From Octopus bimaculoides (taxonomy: Eukaryota), in assembly GCF_001194135.2 (NCBI RefSeq), contig NC_068981.1, forward strand, positions 134,088,183-134,152,182: a stretch of 64,000 bases of DNA. The letters run 5' to 3'. Below, in pieces: positions 25,441-37,599 of this stretch; the first letter of the stretch is position 1; the number at the start of each line of letters is the position of its first letter. A program made the translations under genes and the position numbers. The notes under the pieces were generated by a model. It saw nothing but the letters and a program-made list of their open reading frames with translations. It made no database searches and was not told where the DNA came from.

Positions 25441-26936
25441 TGGTGATGATGAGGATTTAAGATTAATAAATCTGAAAGTAGAGGTGAGAAAAATCTCTTT
25501 TCCAATATTAACCCTTTCCATTTCTCTCTCCCCTCTCTTTCTCGCACTCTCTCTTTTAAATAAAATAGGGTCATGGATGGGTCACTAATCTCCACAGTGT
25601 ATAGAAGAAACCAGTAGATTACATGTGAGTTGTGCATATAAAGAAGCACTGTGAATAGTTTGTACTGATGATGCAGGTAGTAGTGTACTTTTTCCCCATA
25701 TTGGTGCCAATTTATTGGGTGGGGACCATGCAGTGTATGGTTGATCCTGATTGAAAGGTGTGGGCCTCCCTGCTAGGGTGAGTAGACTTCCGCTGGTCTA
25801 CCATCTAGGTGTCCTGAGCTGGCTAGTTAGATGCCGGCCCTGCTTAGTTGAGCTTCATTAGGTGTCGTGTCGCGTTGGTTCCCAACGAGACTGTAGCAGT
25901 TACTGGTTCGGTTCATCAATATCATACAACACCAGGGGGATCCTTGGTTGTTTGAGTGGGTCGTTCTCAGGTTTTCTTGTTTTAGTCTTGTTTGGGAGGT
26001 TCTCTGGCATGTCGGGCAGTTCCTGCTTAGGGAACCAGTAGATGCGATCATGCCCTGTTGGCAATGCCTGGTATTTTAAGACCCGTTGTTGGTGGTGAGT
26101 GGAGGCTTGGTGCATTATGACCAGCTGTCTTTTCAGCAGGCTCTACCATTTAAGCTAAGCCACTTGACCGCCAATCTTTTCTGCAATTTAAGAAGTTATA
26201 GATTCATCCAAAAACGCAAATTTTTCTGCTTTTAAAAGAAAAGGATTTTATCTTTTATATATATACTTTTCAGTATCTATGCATTGACTAAAATTTATCT
26301 TTCTACTTGCTATATATATATATATATATATATATATNNNNNNNNNNNNNNNNNNNNNNNNNNNNNNNNNNNNNNNNNNNNNNNNNNNNNNNNNNNNNNN
26401 NNNNNNNNNNNNNNNNNNNNNNNNNNNNNNNNNNNNNNNNNNNNNNNNNNNNNNNNNNNNNNNNNNNNNNNNNNNNNNNNNNNNNNNNNNNNNNNNNNNN
26501 NNNNNNNNNNNNNNNNNNNNNNNNNNNNNNNNNNNNNNNNNNNNNNNNNNNNNNNNNNNNNNNNNNNNNNNNNNNNNNNNNNNNNNNNNNNNNNNNNNNN
26601 NNNNNNNNNNNNNNNNNNNNNNNNNNNNNNNNNNNNNNNNNNNNNNNNNNNNNNNNNNNNNNNNNNNNNNNNNNNNNNNNNNNNNNNNNNNNNNNNNNNN
26701 NNNNNNNNNNNNNNNNNNNNNNNNNNNNNNNNNNNNNNNNNNNNNNNNNNNNNNNNNNNNNNNNNNNNNNNNNNNNNNNNNNNNNNNNNNNNNNNNNNNN
26801 NNNNNNNNNNNNNNNNNNNNNNNNNNNNNNNNNNNNNNNNNNNNNNNNNNNNATCTCTCTGAGAGATTTAGAAATATTATATTTCTAATTATATATATAT
26901 ATATATATATGTATGTATATATATATATATATATAT

Positions 26937-27256
26937 TTGGGAGAATATACAAAAAATAACAACAGACGAGGACAGGTGGTGTAAATAACAAAAGTATATA
27001 TTAGTATGACGCTCGGGAATACGGAAAGTCTTTGACGTTTCGAGCTACGCTCTTCAACAGAAAGAATACGGAGACAAGGAGAAAAACACGGAGAAAAAAA
27101 ATTGAATAGTGTTCAGTCAACGGTCAATCATAATAATGGCCGATCATAACAATGACTGACCGGAAGTTAGAAATTCTTATTTCAGGAGAGCTAAGAAAGG
27201 GGGAGATAACATTTTAGTCAATGCATAGATACTGAAAAGTATATATATAAAAGATA
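26937..27256 (-). mobile_element. PLE-type terminus carrying a hammerhead variant
   Basis: CpG-rich, T-rich on the minus strand, homologous to 20190-20400, and bounded by (TA)n. Confidence 0.6.
27029..27065 (-). ncRNA. minimal hammerhead-like motif, atypical core
   Basis: Minus strand: tcttt-CTGTTGA-a-gagc-gta-gctc-GAAAC-GTC-aaaga. Stem I (5 bp) and stem II (4 bp) are perfect, the triplet is GUC, A6 reads U, and there is an extra A before stem II. Confidence 0.6.
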
Positions 27257-28685
27257 TACATATATATAACAGGCTTCTTTCAGTTTCCATCTACCAAATC
27301 TACTCACAAGGCTTTGGTCAGCTTGAGGCTATAACAGAGGACACTTGCCCAAGGTGTCATAGTGGGACTGAACTTGGAACCATGTGGTTGTTAAGCAAAC
27401 ATCTTACCATGCAGCCATGCCTGCACCTAGCCATGTTCATGATTTATCGAAAGCACTTTTTTCCTTGCTAATTTTAGGGTATCTGATATCATCTGTAACA
27501 TCTTATGAAGTAGGCAATGGATTAAGTCAAGGAAAGCTCAGTTAAATAATAAGAGATGTAAAGAGAATAAATCTACCTCTACATAATGAACTATTGTGAT
27601 ACAGAGTGATATTCAAGGTGAGACTGGGAGAGACAGGAAAACCTGATCTGATTACCTATGTCAGCATAAAAATACAGGTATTTAACTAGTAATGATGATG
27701 AATGAGGATAAAAATCAAATTTCATTGTTTTAATCTATTAGATCTTAATTTAGTCTTGACAACATTTAACATTCTAAATGCTGTCGCTTAGTTATTTGAT
27801 GTCAATCTCTATATCTAGATCTTACCAGATGGCTGTCGATCAGTTCTACTAAAATAATTTAGCTCTAAATGATGTTTCTTTTCCAGTTAAATTTACTGCG
27901 GAGTTTGTTCTTACTTCTAGAAAGAATAAGATTGATGCTTTCAGTTATAAAGATGGAGATTTTAAATAATCATGATATTATGATATATGTCTACCAATTT
28001 GAAAATAGCATATAATATATGTAAATCTGAACATATAAAATAAATATATTCCTCAAGGGAATTCTGAAATATAGTATTTGTTGAATATCTAAAATATTGC
28101 TTTGAATATCTGAAACATTGCTTTTAGAATAAATCCTGAGAGAGATTTAATGGTCACAAAATAAGATAATAATTGCATCTAATGATAAAGTTTTCAATCT
28201 ACATGGGAAAAAGAATGGAGAAAATATTTCTTTTAATGTTTAGTGTCATTTTGATTATTATTTAATAAAAGACTTTTGAAAAAATTTGCATCGTAGCTGA
28301 AAAATTTACAACATGGCTGTATGGATAAGAAGTTTGTTTCATCCATATGGTTCTGTAGTCTATCCCTCTACACATCATTTTCAACAAATGCCTTCTGTTA
28401 AAGCTTCAGTTTGACCAACACTTTGTTAGTGGAAGTTGTTTGATGGAAACTCAGACAATTTCTAATATAGGCTCAAGGCCCCAAATTTGGAGTAGTTGAT
28501 TAGAAAGACTCCAGTACTCAACAAGTACTTATTCTATCAATTCTCAACCCCAGAATGATGAAAAGCAAAGTTAACTTAAATAGAATTTGAACTAAATGCA
28601 CCAGTAGTTATTTTTCAAGGTATTTGATGTCGAAAAACACCATCATCACTGGGGTATTCTTTCAAGTTTGATATGCTGTCTTAAT

Positions 28686-28901
28686 ATTCTTTCTACTATA
28701 GGCAAAAGGCCTGGATTTTATTGGGAGGGGGACAGTCGATCACATCGACCCCAGTATTCAACTGGTACTTGATTTATTGACCCTGAAGGGATGAAAGGCA
28801 AAGTCGACCTTGGCGGAATTTGAACTCAGACCATAGTGGCAGACAAAATACTGCTAAGAATTTTGCTTGGCATGCTAACAATTCTGCCAACTTGCCACCT
28901 T
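28686..28901 (-). mobile_element. SINE family B
   Basis: Full family signature present; lies head-to-head with the copy at 28991. Confidence 0.85.
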
Positions 28902-28990
28902 GATGCTGCCTTAATATTAATTTCACTAGCAATCTATCTTTTATTCTGAACCTGGCTGTTTTTGTGTCATTATATCTTCTCCAAAAAGGA

Positions 28991-29205
28991 AGCAAGCTGG
29001 CAGAAACAATGGCATGCCGGGCGATGTGCTTAGTGGTATTTCGTCTGTCTTTACATTCTGAGTTCAAATTCTGCTGAGATCAACTTTGCCTTTCATCCTT
29101 TTGGGGGTCGATAAATTAAGTACCAGTTGTGTACTGAGGTTGATCTAATCGACTGGCCTCCTCCCAAAAAAATTTGGGCCTTGTGCCTAGAGTAGAAAAG
29201 ATTAT
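28991..29205 (+). mobile_element. SINE family B
   Basis: gcaagcTGGCAGAAACAatgg..ctGAGTTCAAATtctgctgagatcaactttgcctttcatcc..gtcgataaattaagtaccagt..gtagaaaagattat. Confidence 0.85.
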
Positions 29206-30327
29206 ATCTTCTCCAAAGAGTCTATGGCACCACATAAATGCAATCTTGTCCAATTGTTTGCTTGATTTTTGAAGAACAGTGAATCTTAGTTCATCTTCAT
29301 CCCAAACATTTTCTTTATTTTCCTGAGGATGGACTTTTCAGTCATTTTGAAGAAATTGTCATGCCTTAACTGTTTTCATTATTTTCATGTGACTTATTTT
29401 TCTGTGTTTTTTCTCATTTTCTGTTGTATTTCCATCAATAATTATTTCTTCCTCATCGCACAATAAAGGTGTGGTACTACAGGTAGATACTGTTAGAAGG
29501 TGAGGTATTTGCCCATCTATTTGTGATACTAGGCCTAAAGATTTTTCCCTCGTAATCCCCAGAGTTTTGGTTGGTTCGTGTTCTTCTTGTTGTTATAGAT
29601 TTTCATTAGTTTTGTTTTCCTTGTTTTTGTATGATCTTTAAGAACTCAATTGTAAGGTTTGTTTTACTCTTAGAAAGCCTACCTTTCTACCCTTTATCAT
29701 CAATCTCATACTTTTTATCTATGTAGTATCTACTAGGCACACTTGTGGTATTGTTCTGTGACCTTCAGGTGGTCATTAGGACTTGGACCTCTATTCTAAT
29801 TCTCCCTGACCACAGGTCACTTTTACTTATATAGGATTTCCCCATAAAAATTGACCATATTATTGAAGCATGAAGATTAGATATGATTATAGAGGATAAA
29901 AGAAAACAAACAGTGTAAAATAAAAGACTTTGCAATATTATATGATAATAAATAGAATGGATATGAAAGAGATTTTAAAATTGAGAAATACCAAAATCTA
30001 AAAGAGATGAAGAGCAGCAATTCTGCCAGCTCGTTTCCTTAATAATAATGATACAACATATGAAGCGAATCCATACACACACACAAGAAATTTCATGGAT
30101 GGCCACAACAATGTCAACAACACAATTAACAATGACAGTAGCAGTGACACTGATGGCAATAACAACAACAACAACAACTTCCACGATGGCAGCACTGTGG
30201 GCGAACACAGAGGAATACAGAAACTGTACCATATTTTCAGGTCTTAGGACAACAGCAGCACAATGGGATGAGAGGATGGGGCTGAGGGGAAGGCCACACT
30301 GCTGCTAAAAACTATGACACACACACA

Positions 30328-30382
<55 letters not shown>

Positions 30383-30864
30383 ACCCCCATGCACACAGAC
30401 AAACAAGGACACAAATGCATGCACACATAAGGATGCACATCTTAGAACAACAGAATGGAGTAAGTGGAGCAAGAACACACACAAAAACGAAAAGTGTTGC
30501 TGAAGAGGTCACAGATGTGTGATGAAAGATTTCCGGACAATGGACATGAGTTGAAATAATAAAATAAAAACAGTAATAAACGAGTGAAGAAAAAATATAT
30601 AGTGCGTGTGTTTATTTGGCAAAAAAAAAAAAAAATTGACCATCCTGAAATACAACAATGATAATTGTAATAATAATGATGATTTCATTTATTTGCCACA
30701 AGGATGAAAGATGAGGAGGACATTACAAAGACAGACTTAAAGTGTGGTGGGGTTTACATATAATGAAATGATAAAAAAAAAATGTAAATGAAAGAAAGTA
30801 AGATGGACGTGGGCAATGTCAGTGCCTGCTGGTGGTACATAAAAAGCACTGGGCCTCGTGGAGG

Positions 30865-31262
30865 TAGTGACAAGGCCAACAATTTCAGGGAAAGGGTTAA
30901 ATTGATTACATCAACCCCAATTCTTGACTGGTACTTACTTTATCGACCTCGAAAGGATGTAAGGCAAAGTCGACCTCGGCAGTATTTGAACTCAGAACAC
31001 GAAGACGGGCGAAATGTCAATAAGCATTCTGCCTGGTGTAATGATGACGATGATGATGATGACAAAGGCATGTGGCCACATATTTTTGTTGGGGAGGGTA
31101 TAGACGATTAAATTTACCTCAGTACAAGGGCACTTATTTGTTTTAATAACTCTAGAAGGATGGAAAAACAAAATCGGCCTCAACAGAATTTGAACTCAAA
31201 ATATAATGTGCTGCAAGGCATTTTATCTTTGAAACTCTAATGATTTTCCCAGTTCATCCACT
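30865..31262 (-). mobile_element. two degenerate SINE family B copies
   Basis: Signatures at about 30865-31035 and 31085-31262. Confidence 0.65.
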
Positions 31263-32052
31263 CTAAACAGTAATAACAACAGCAGCAGCAATGAGAACAA
31301 CAACAACAACAATAACAACAACAGCAACATCGAAATCAACAGGTGGCAGTTTTGCTAATGATTTGCAATATTCATTATTGATTGCTTTGTTGCTGTTGCT
31401 GTTGAATTTGTTTTGCTTTTATTTGCTGTAAATCAGTGAGCAGTAGCAGTCAGTAACTGTCTGTATTTACTGGCTGACTTAATTAACCGTGAAGACAAGA
31501 CAAGGGAAGTGCTAACGGTTATAAAAGAGGAATATGGTGACGGTAATAGTGGAGACAGATAGGAAGATAGTAGAGGAGGAGGAGGAGATAGAAATATTGA
31601 AAGACGTACGTCGGTGGTGGTGGTGGTGGTGGTGGCGAGGACGGATAAACAGATATAGGGGCGGCAGGGTGAAGCAGGATAAGATAGAGGTGTGAAAGTG
31701 TTGTTGGTGAGGCAGGAAACTGCCAATGTAATTAATAAACAATGCTGTAATCAGTTATTATTAAAACCACACTAAACTAACTACACGGGCTGTAATTGCC
31801 CAAACACTTCTACGAGCTAACGAAAGAGCATCTTTTATGGTCGTTTCATTTGTTAGAAATAGCAGCTAAATTCCCACTAATCTCAGTCCATCGTTTTAAA
31901 AAAATAAACAAAGGACAGAAATAGTAAGCTACTTTAGTTGTGGATGTTCAAGTTGAAAATACAAGATGTGAGTGGCTGGAATGTCTTTGATCATAGGGTC
32001 CGTTTCTATCAGATCTGACCTGAGGTTAAACCAGTGACGTTGCAGCTCATTT

Positions 32053-32362
32053 ATTAACGTGCAAGTGGCTGAGCACTCCACAGACACGTGTACCCTTAAC
32101 GTAGTCCTCTGGGAGATTCAACGTGACACAGAGTGTGACAAGGTTGACCCTCTTGAAATACAGGTACAACAGAAACAGGAAGAAAGAGTGAGAGAAAGTT
32201 GTGGTGAAAGAGTACAGCAGGGTTCACCACCACCCACTGCCAGAGCCTCGTGGAGCTTCAGGTGTTTTCACTCAATAAACACTCACAAGGCCTGGTCTGG
32301 GAATCAAAACCGCGATCCTACGACCATGAGTTTGCTGCCCTAACCACTGGGCCATTGCGCCT
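32053..32362 (-). mobile_element. SINE family C, 3'-truncated
   Basis: Colinear and highly similar to 6158-6493, with the tRNA head at 32290-32362. Confidence 0.85.
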
Positions 32363-32363
32363 C

Positions 32364-32440
<77 letters not shown>

Positions 32441-32719
32441 GAGAGTGAGAGAGAGACTTCTATGTGTGTGAGAGATTTATTAGTACAAAAAGGATGGTTA
32501 TTATAGACCTGTATTGTAGAGAATCTATTGTATGTAGCTAGGATTACAAACTCATTCCTAAAATTTTCATGAAAGCCACCCTGTTTGACTCACTGTATTC
32601 ATTGGTAGGTTGAATGGACTAATGGATTCCAAGTCATTGTTAAGTATTGTTGGCGACATAAGGCTGTGTGCACATTCTTTAGGAAAGGCAATGCAAATCT
32701 GGTTACTACAAATTCCACT

Positions 32720-32756
<37 letters not shown>

Positions 32757-32829
32757 ACAAACACACACACACGCAAACATACATGCATACAAACATACAT
32801 ACATAGTCTTATAATATGTGGGTGTATTG

Positions 32830-32891
<62 letters not shown>

Positions 32892-33338
32892 AGGAGAGAG
32901 AGAGTGAGAGAGAGAGACAGATAGATAGACAGACAGACAGATAGATAGATAGATATGTGTACATACATACATAGATGTGCATAAACATGCACAAACACAA
33001 ACTATATATATATATATATATACATACATATCATCACCATCATCATTGTTGTCACTGTCATCTTAATGTTAATTTTTCCATGCTTGCATGGACCACTCAA
33101 AACTTGCTGAGGCAGATTTTCTATGGCCAGATGCCCTTTCTATTGTCAACCCTCACTTGTTTGCAAGCCCCTTGGCCAGACATGTATTTTTTAAAGACGA
33201 ATGGAAACAACATTGCTTGTATGATGAGAATGGTTGTTCACAACCATCACGTGATTTCAGAAAGAAGGTACACACACACGTACACACACACACACGTGCA
33301 CACACACACACACACACACACAAACATATACACAGACA

Positions 33339-35185
33339 CACATCATTGTCATCATACAACAGTTCAACAGTTTCATCTCTTTTGTTAACACCTTTCATCC
33401 CACTTTGGAATTTACTTCCATTGTATCTGATAACTCTGTTAGTTTCTTCAATAGCTCCATCACCATCAACAATATCCATCTGTCCACCTCTGTCCATTAG
33501 AAGTCTATTGACTCCTATTCCTATCTCCACTACTCTTCTTCTCACTCCAAACACACTAAATTTGCTGTCATACCATCTTCTCAATTTCTTTGTCTTTACC
33601 AACTCTGCAGCACTGAATCAAATTTCGAATCCCAGGGTGAGAAAATATGACAATTCTTCCTGAATTGAGGATACTCTTGATCTTTTGGATTCCCTGCAAT
33701 TCACCAGACCCAGGCCATCAACTGTGCCATCATTCTCCTGTCCTCTTTATGCATACCTACAGACCATATTCTGCTCTCGTTCACCTTTCATTCATCCCTC
33801 CTTCCATTGAGAAACAAACTTATCCCAACTTCCAAATTCTGTTTCCTTCCCACATCCACTTTAATCTTTCCCACATCACTTGTCCTCACCCACAAAGAAG
33901 CTAAGAACATCAGAAACTTCTGTGTAAGAAGCTCTGTATCCCCAACCCCACACAACCAGGCACTTTTAAATGCACTTGTCAATGATGCAATACAATGGTT
34001 CCCAACCTGAAAAGTCCACAAAGGTAGTACTGGGGTCCGTGAACTAAATTGAAAATTTCATATACACACTTCATGCCTGGCTGTACAGCCTTTTTGTTTG
34101 TTTATTTCACCGTTTCGTTTTCCTGTCTTGTTTTCCGTCCGCCACTACCCTCCACGAAAACAATTTAATTTGTGTTCGTGGGAAGAACCATTTTAACGAT
34201 GCGTACTGCCTTAATTCTTCGAAACGCCGGAGTTTTAATGGTGGCAGCTGATGAAGGGGATGTTTCTATGTGGCCTGCTTGTTTGTTGCACCTTGTTTAC
34301 CATTTTTGTCCTTGTTCTTTTGCCACGTCATGTACCCAGTTATGTATCTATATGTACATGTGGATGAACGTATATACATACATGTACATATATATGCATA
34401 TACTCATATATTGTTTATATNNNNNNNNNNNNNNNNNNNNNNNNNNNNNNNNNNNNNNNNNNNNNNNNNNNNNNNNNAGTCCTATTTCTGCCATGAAACG
34501 TGCATAGTCTATGTACTAGCACTGACTTTTTACATTTATACTTCCATACTGTATATTATCGTATTAATGTTTACTGTCCAATTTATAAATTTGACTTTTA
34601 AATCTTTTAAATTAATATTTCTATGATTTATTTATATGATTTATATGATTTATTTATGTAATATGTTATTTAATTTAAATTTTCAGATTAAAATCTTAGA
34701 TATATTAAGATGGTATATGCCTCACAGCATGGATTTGGACTGGTTCTGAGTTGACTGAGTTGTAGAGTGGTGGTCCGTCTCTAAATTAGTTATATATATA
34801 TATGTATATATATATACACACATAAGAGTAAGCATATTAAAAGGGGTCTGTAGAAAAATTCATTTAAATAAAAGGGTTGGGAACCAGTGTGAAAAGGTTG
34901 GGAACCACTGATGTAATACCTACCCTTACATTAACAACACTACTAGCCTATGTCATAGTAGCAAATTATTCAGAATTTCTGTTGCACATCTTCCAGCCTT
35001 ATATATTGTATTATATGCAAACTTTGCAGTGCTCTTTATGTTGGAGAAACAGGCTGACACCTTGCTGATCATATTTCGGAGCACATTCAATGTATACTAC
35101 TACATAAGTCTGGTCAACCTGTTGCCACCTATTCAACACAACAGGTATGTGACTTCTTTGTACACCATGGGTCCTGTACTCAAGG
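33339..35185 (+). mobile_element. Penelope-like retroelement relic (RT thumb plus GIY-YIG endonuclease), Neptune-like
   Basis: FNSFISFVNTFHPTLEFTSIVSDNSVSFF..LSTSVH*KSIDSYSYLHYSSSHSKHTK..SQFLCLYQLCS..GYS, then NIRNFCVRS..QPGTFKC, and after the hAT insertion NFCCTSSSLIYCIICKLCSALYVGETG*HLADHISEH..QPVA (34974-35120). Confidence 0.88.
33993..34910. mobile_element. non-autonomous hAT element inserted in the Penelope relic
   Basis: 16-bp TIRs caatggttcccaacct / aggttgggaaccactg (15/16) and 8-bp TSD atgcaata (33985-33992) / atgtaata (34911-34918). Spans the gap at 34421-34476. Confidence 0.85.
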
Positions 35186-35677
35186 AAATGGTGGAATTTG
35201 AACTCCAACTGTAAAGGGTCAGAAGAAATACCACGTAGTAATTTTTCCAGCATTCTAACAAGTATGCCAGCTCACTGCCTTAATAATAAAAATAAAAACT
35301 ACAAATATTACAGATAGCAAAAGTGAATGGGGAAAGGAAGTGAGAATGAGAAGGAAGACAAAAGGAATTAAATTTGAAAGCAACAATAGACTCACGAGTT
35401 TGAAATTCATAAAGAGCAAGGTCACAAAAAGACAACTGATTAAATCCTAAAAGAATAATGTTACATATCAAATTGTCATGTTAAAGACATTAACTACTCC
35501 CATTCTGAAAGAAGAATGTAATTGAGAAAAGAAAAGAAATAAATGAACAAAACTCCTAAGGCTCATAAAATCTAATCAGTAACTAATTTTCAACAGATAC
35601 AGTGGAATTGTGTCAAAGGAAAAGTTATGGGTGTTGATAAAACATTTTGACACTTTACAGTACTATTGATATATAAA

Positions 35678-35885
35678 GGCAACAAGCTGGCAGAATCGTT
35701 ACCATGCCGGAAAAAATACTTAGTGGCATTTCCTCTGACTTTATGTTCTGAGTTCAAATCCCACCAGGGTTACTTTGTTTTTCATCCTTTGAGGATCAAT
35801 AAAATGAGTACACGTTGAATGCTGGAGCCAATGTAATTGATTTACTCCCTCTTGTGAAATTGCTGACCTTGTGCCAAAAATTGAA
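35678..35885 (+). mobile_element. SINE family B
   Basis: ggcaacaagcTGGCAGAATCG..GAGTTCAAATccc..tttcatcctttgaggatcaataaaatgagtac. Head-only copies lie at 35185-35280 (-) and 36268-36375 (+). Confidence 0.75.
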
Positions 35886-37425
35886 CTATAAATGAAAGTG
35901 AAAGTAACAGTTTTCTTTTGCTTTTTTAACCTTTTGTTGTTTCTTAAGTGGCTGAAATGTAATTGTTTCATTTTCAATATATGATCTCAGATCAAGACCC
36001 TTACCACTTAAATCCAACACTCAAATATGTATTTATATATATTTATGTATTTGTGTGTGAGTGAATGTGTGTGCATATGTATGTGTTTAAAAGTTGTTCT
36101 TTTTGGGGTTTTTTAACATGTTTCCATCAGTAGACTATGGTCATGCTGGGGCACAGCCTTGAAGAATTTTTAGTTGAATGAATTGACCCCAGTACTTACA
36201 TTTTTTAAGCCTGGTATTTATTCTATCCGTCACTTTTACCAAACCGCTACATTATAGGGACACAAAAAGGCAGTGAGCTGGCAGAAACATTAGCATGCCG
36301 GGTGAAATGCTTAGCAGTATTTTGTCTGTCTTTATGTTCTGAGTTCAAATTCTGCCAAGGTCGACTTTGCCTTTGAAAAAAATAACTGTTAAAATTGAAC
36401 TACACTCTTCAAAACTTGCACTAAGAATAAGTACAAGATAAAATTACTAGCTGCTTTTATAGCAAGTTGATGTAAGTAGTTTATCCTGTTCCCCTCTGAT
36501 TTTAGTTCATGCAACTGAAAAAACAGCATTATTCATGGGATGATCCAGTATGCATGTATGAGCACGTCTGTGTATGCTTGAGTGTGAGGTCACTACATAA
36601 TAGTTGTGAATGATTGTTACTGTCTCACAGTTAGTGTCATTCATTTCCAATGTCTGCAAAAACATATCTGATCATGAAGAAACATTACTTTGCCTTGAAA
36701 CAGATGTAGAAAATCGACCTCATTAAACTCTATCCAACCTATGTAAGCAGGGACAAGTTAGAGTTAAAACAATGATGATAATGATAATGATGACAATATA
36801 AGATATTTAGAAGCACAAATCTGAGCCAGAATGAGAACAGGCACTTCTATGGAACGCAATTTACTAGGTGGCCACATTGACCATTAACTCTATAGACTGC
36901 ATGCTGTCTCCTCTCAAGTAAAGCTATATAAATGTTTTATAGTAGAAACTAGAAGTGGAGAACAATTTTATATCTGAAAGCCACATTGAATTAAATGCAA
37001 TTTAATAAGCTTGCATTAAAGAAAATTTTATTAAATATACAGAGAAATGTAATTACATTTATTGTGAAAATTTAATTATAAATATATTTATAAATATTAA
37101 CTGAAGAAATAAAAAATGTAAGCAGACTTTTTAATACACACACACACATGTATGTATACACACACACACACACACACACACANNNNNNNNNNNNNNNNNN
37201 NNNNNNNNNNNNNNNNNNNNNNNNNNNNNNNNNNNNNNNNNNNNNNNNNNNNNNNNNNNNNNNNNNNNNNNNNNNNNNNNNNNNNNNNNNNNNNNNNNNN
37301 NNNNNNNNNNNNNNNNNNNNNNNNNNNNNNNNNNNNNNNNNNNNNNNNNNNNNTTTATTGAATTATTTTGTAAGAAATTGTTTATTTACTTTAGATTTTG
37401 TTAGTACTAACATAAAAGATATAAG

Positions 37426-37466
<41 letters not shown>

Positions 37467-37599
37467 TGTGTATGTATGTGTGTGTGTGTGTGTGTGTGTG
37501 TAAGTGTGCAGCTGTAGTTGTTTTATATCTTATTTGATATTCTGTTCTATATTATTGTGGTGGTGGTTGTGGCATATTGTTACACCATTCATTCTTTTT

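Noticed and set aside
27889-27970. Possible terminal exon VKFTAEFVLTSRKNKIDAFSYKDGDFK* after ttttccag, and a similar frame at about 15849-15965
   Set aside because: Short, unrecognised peptides. Acceptor-like motifs are common in AT-rich DNA, so these cannot be supported without RNA data.
30060-30250. Asn-rich frame MDGHNNVNN..
   Set aside because: About 50 codons driven by (AAC)n, with no splice or homology support.
34170-34280. Hammerhead-like words GAAAC and CTGATGA close together
   Set aside because: No consistent set of stems I-III could be built in any permutation. The CTGATGA has no downstream GAAA partner, and the upstream GAAAC is followed by GCC with a corrupted core.
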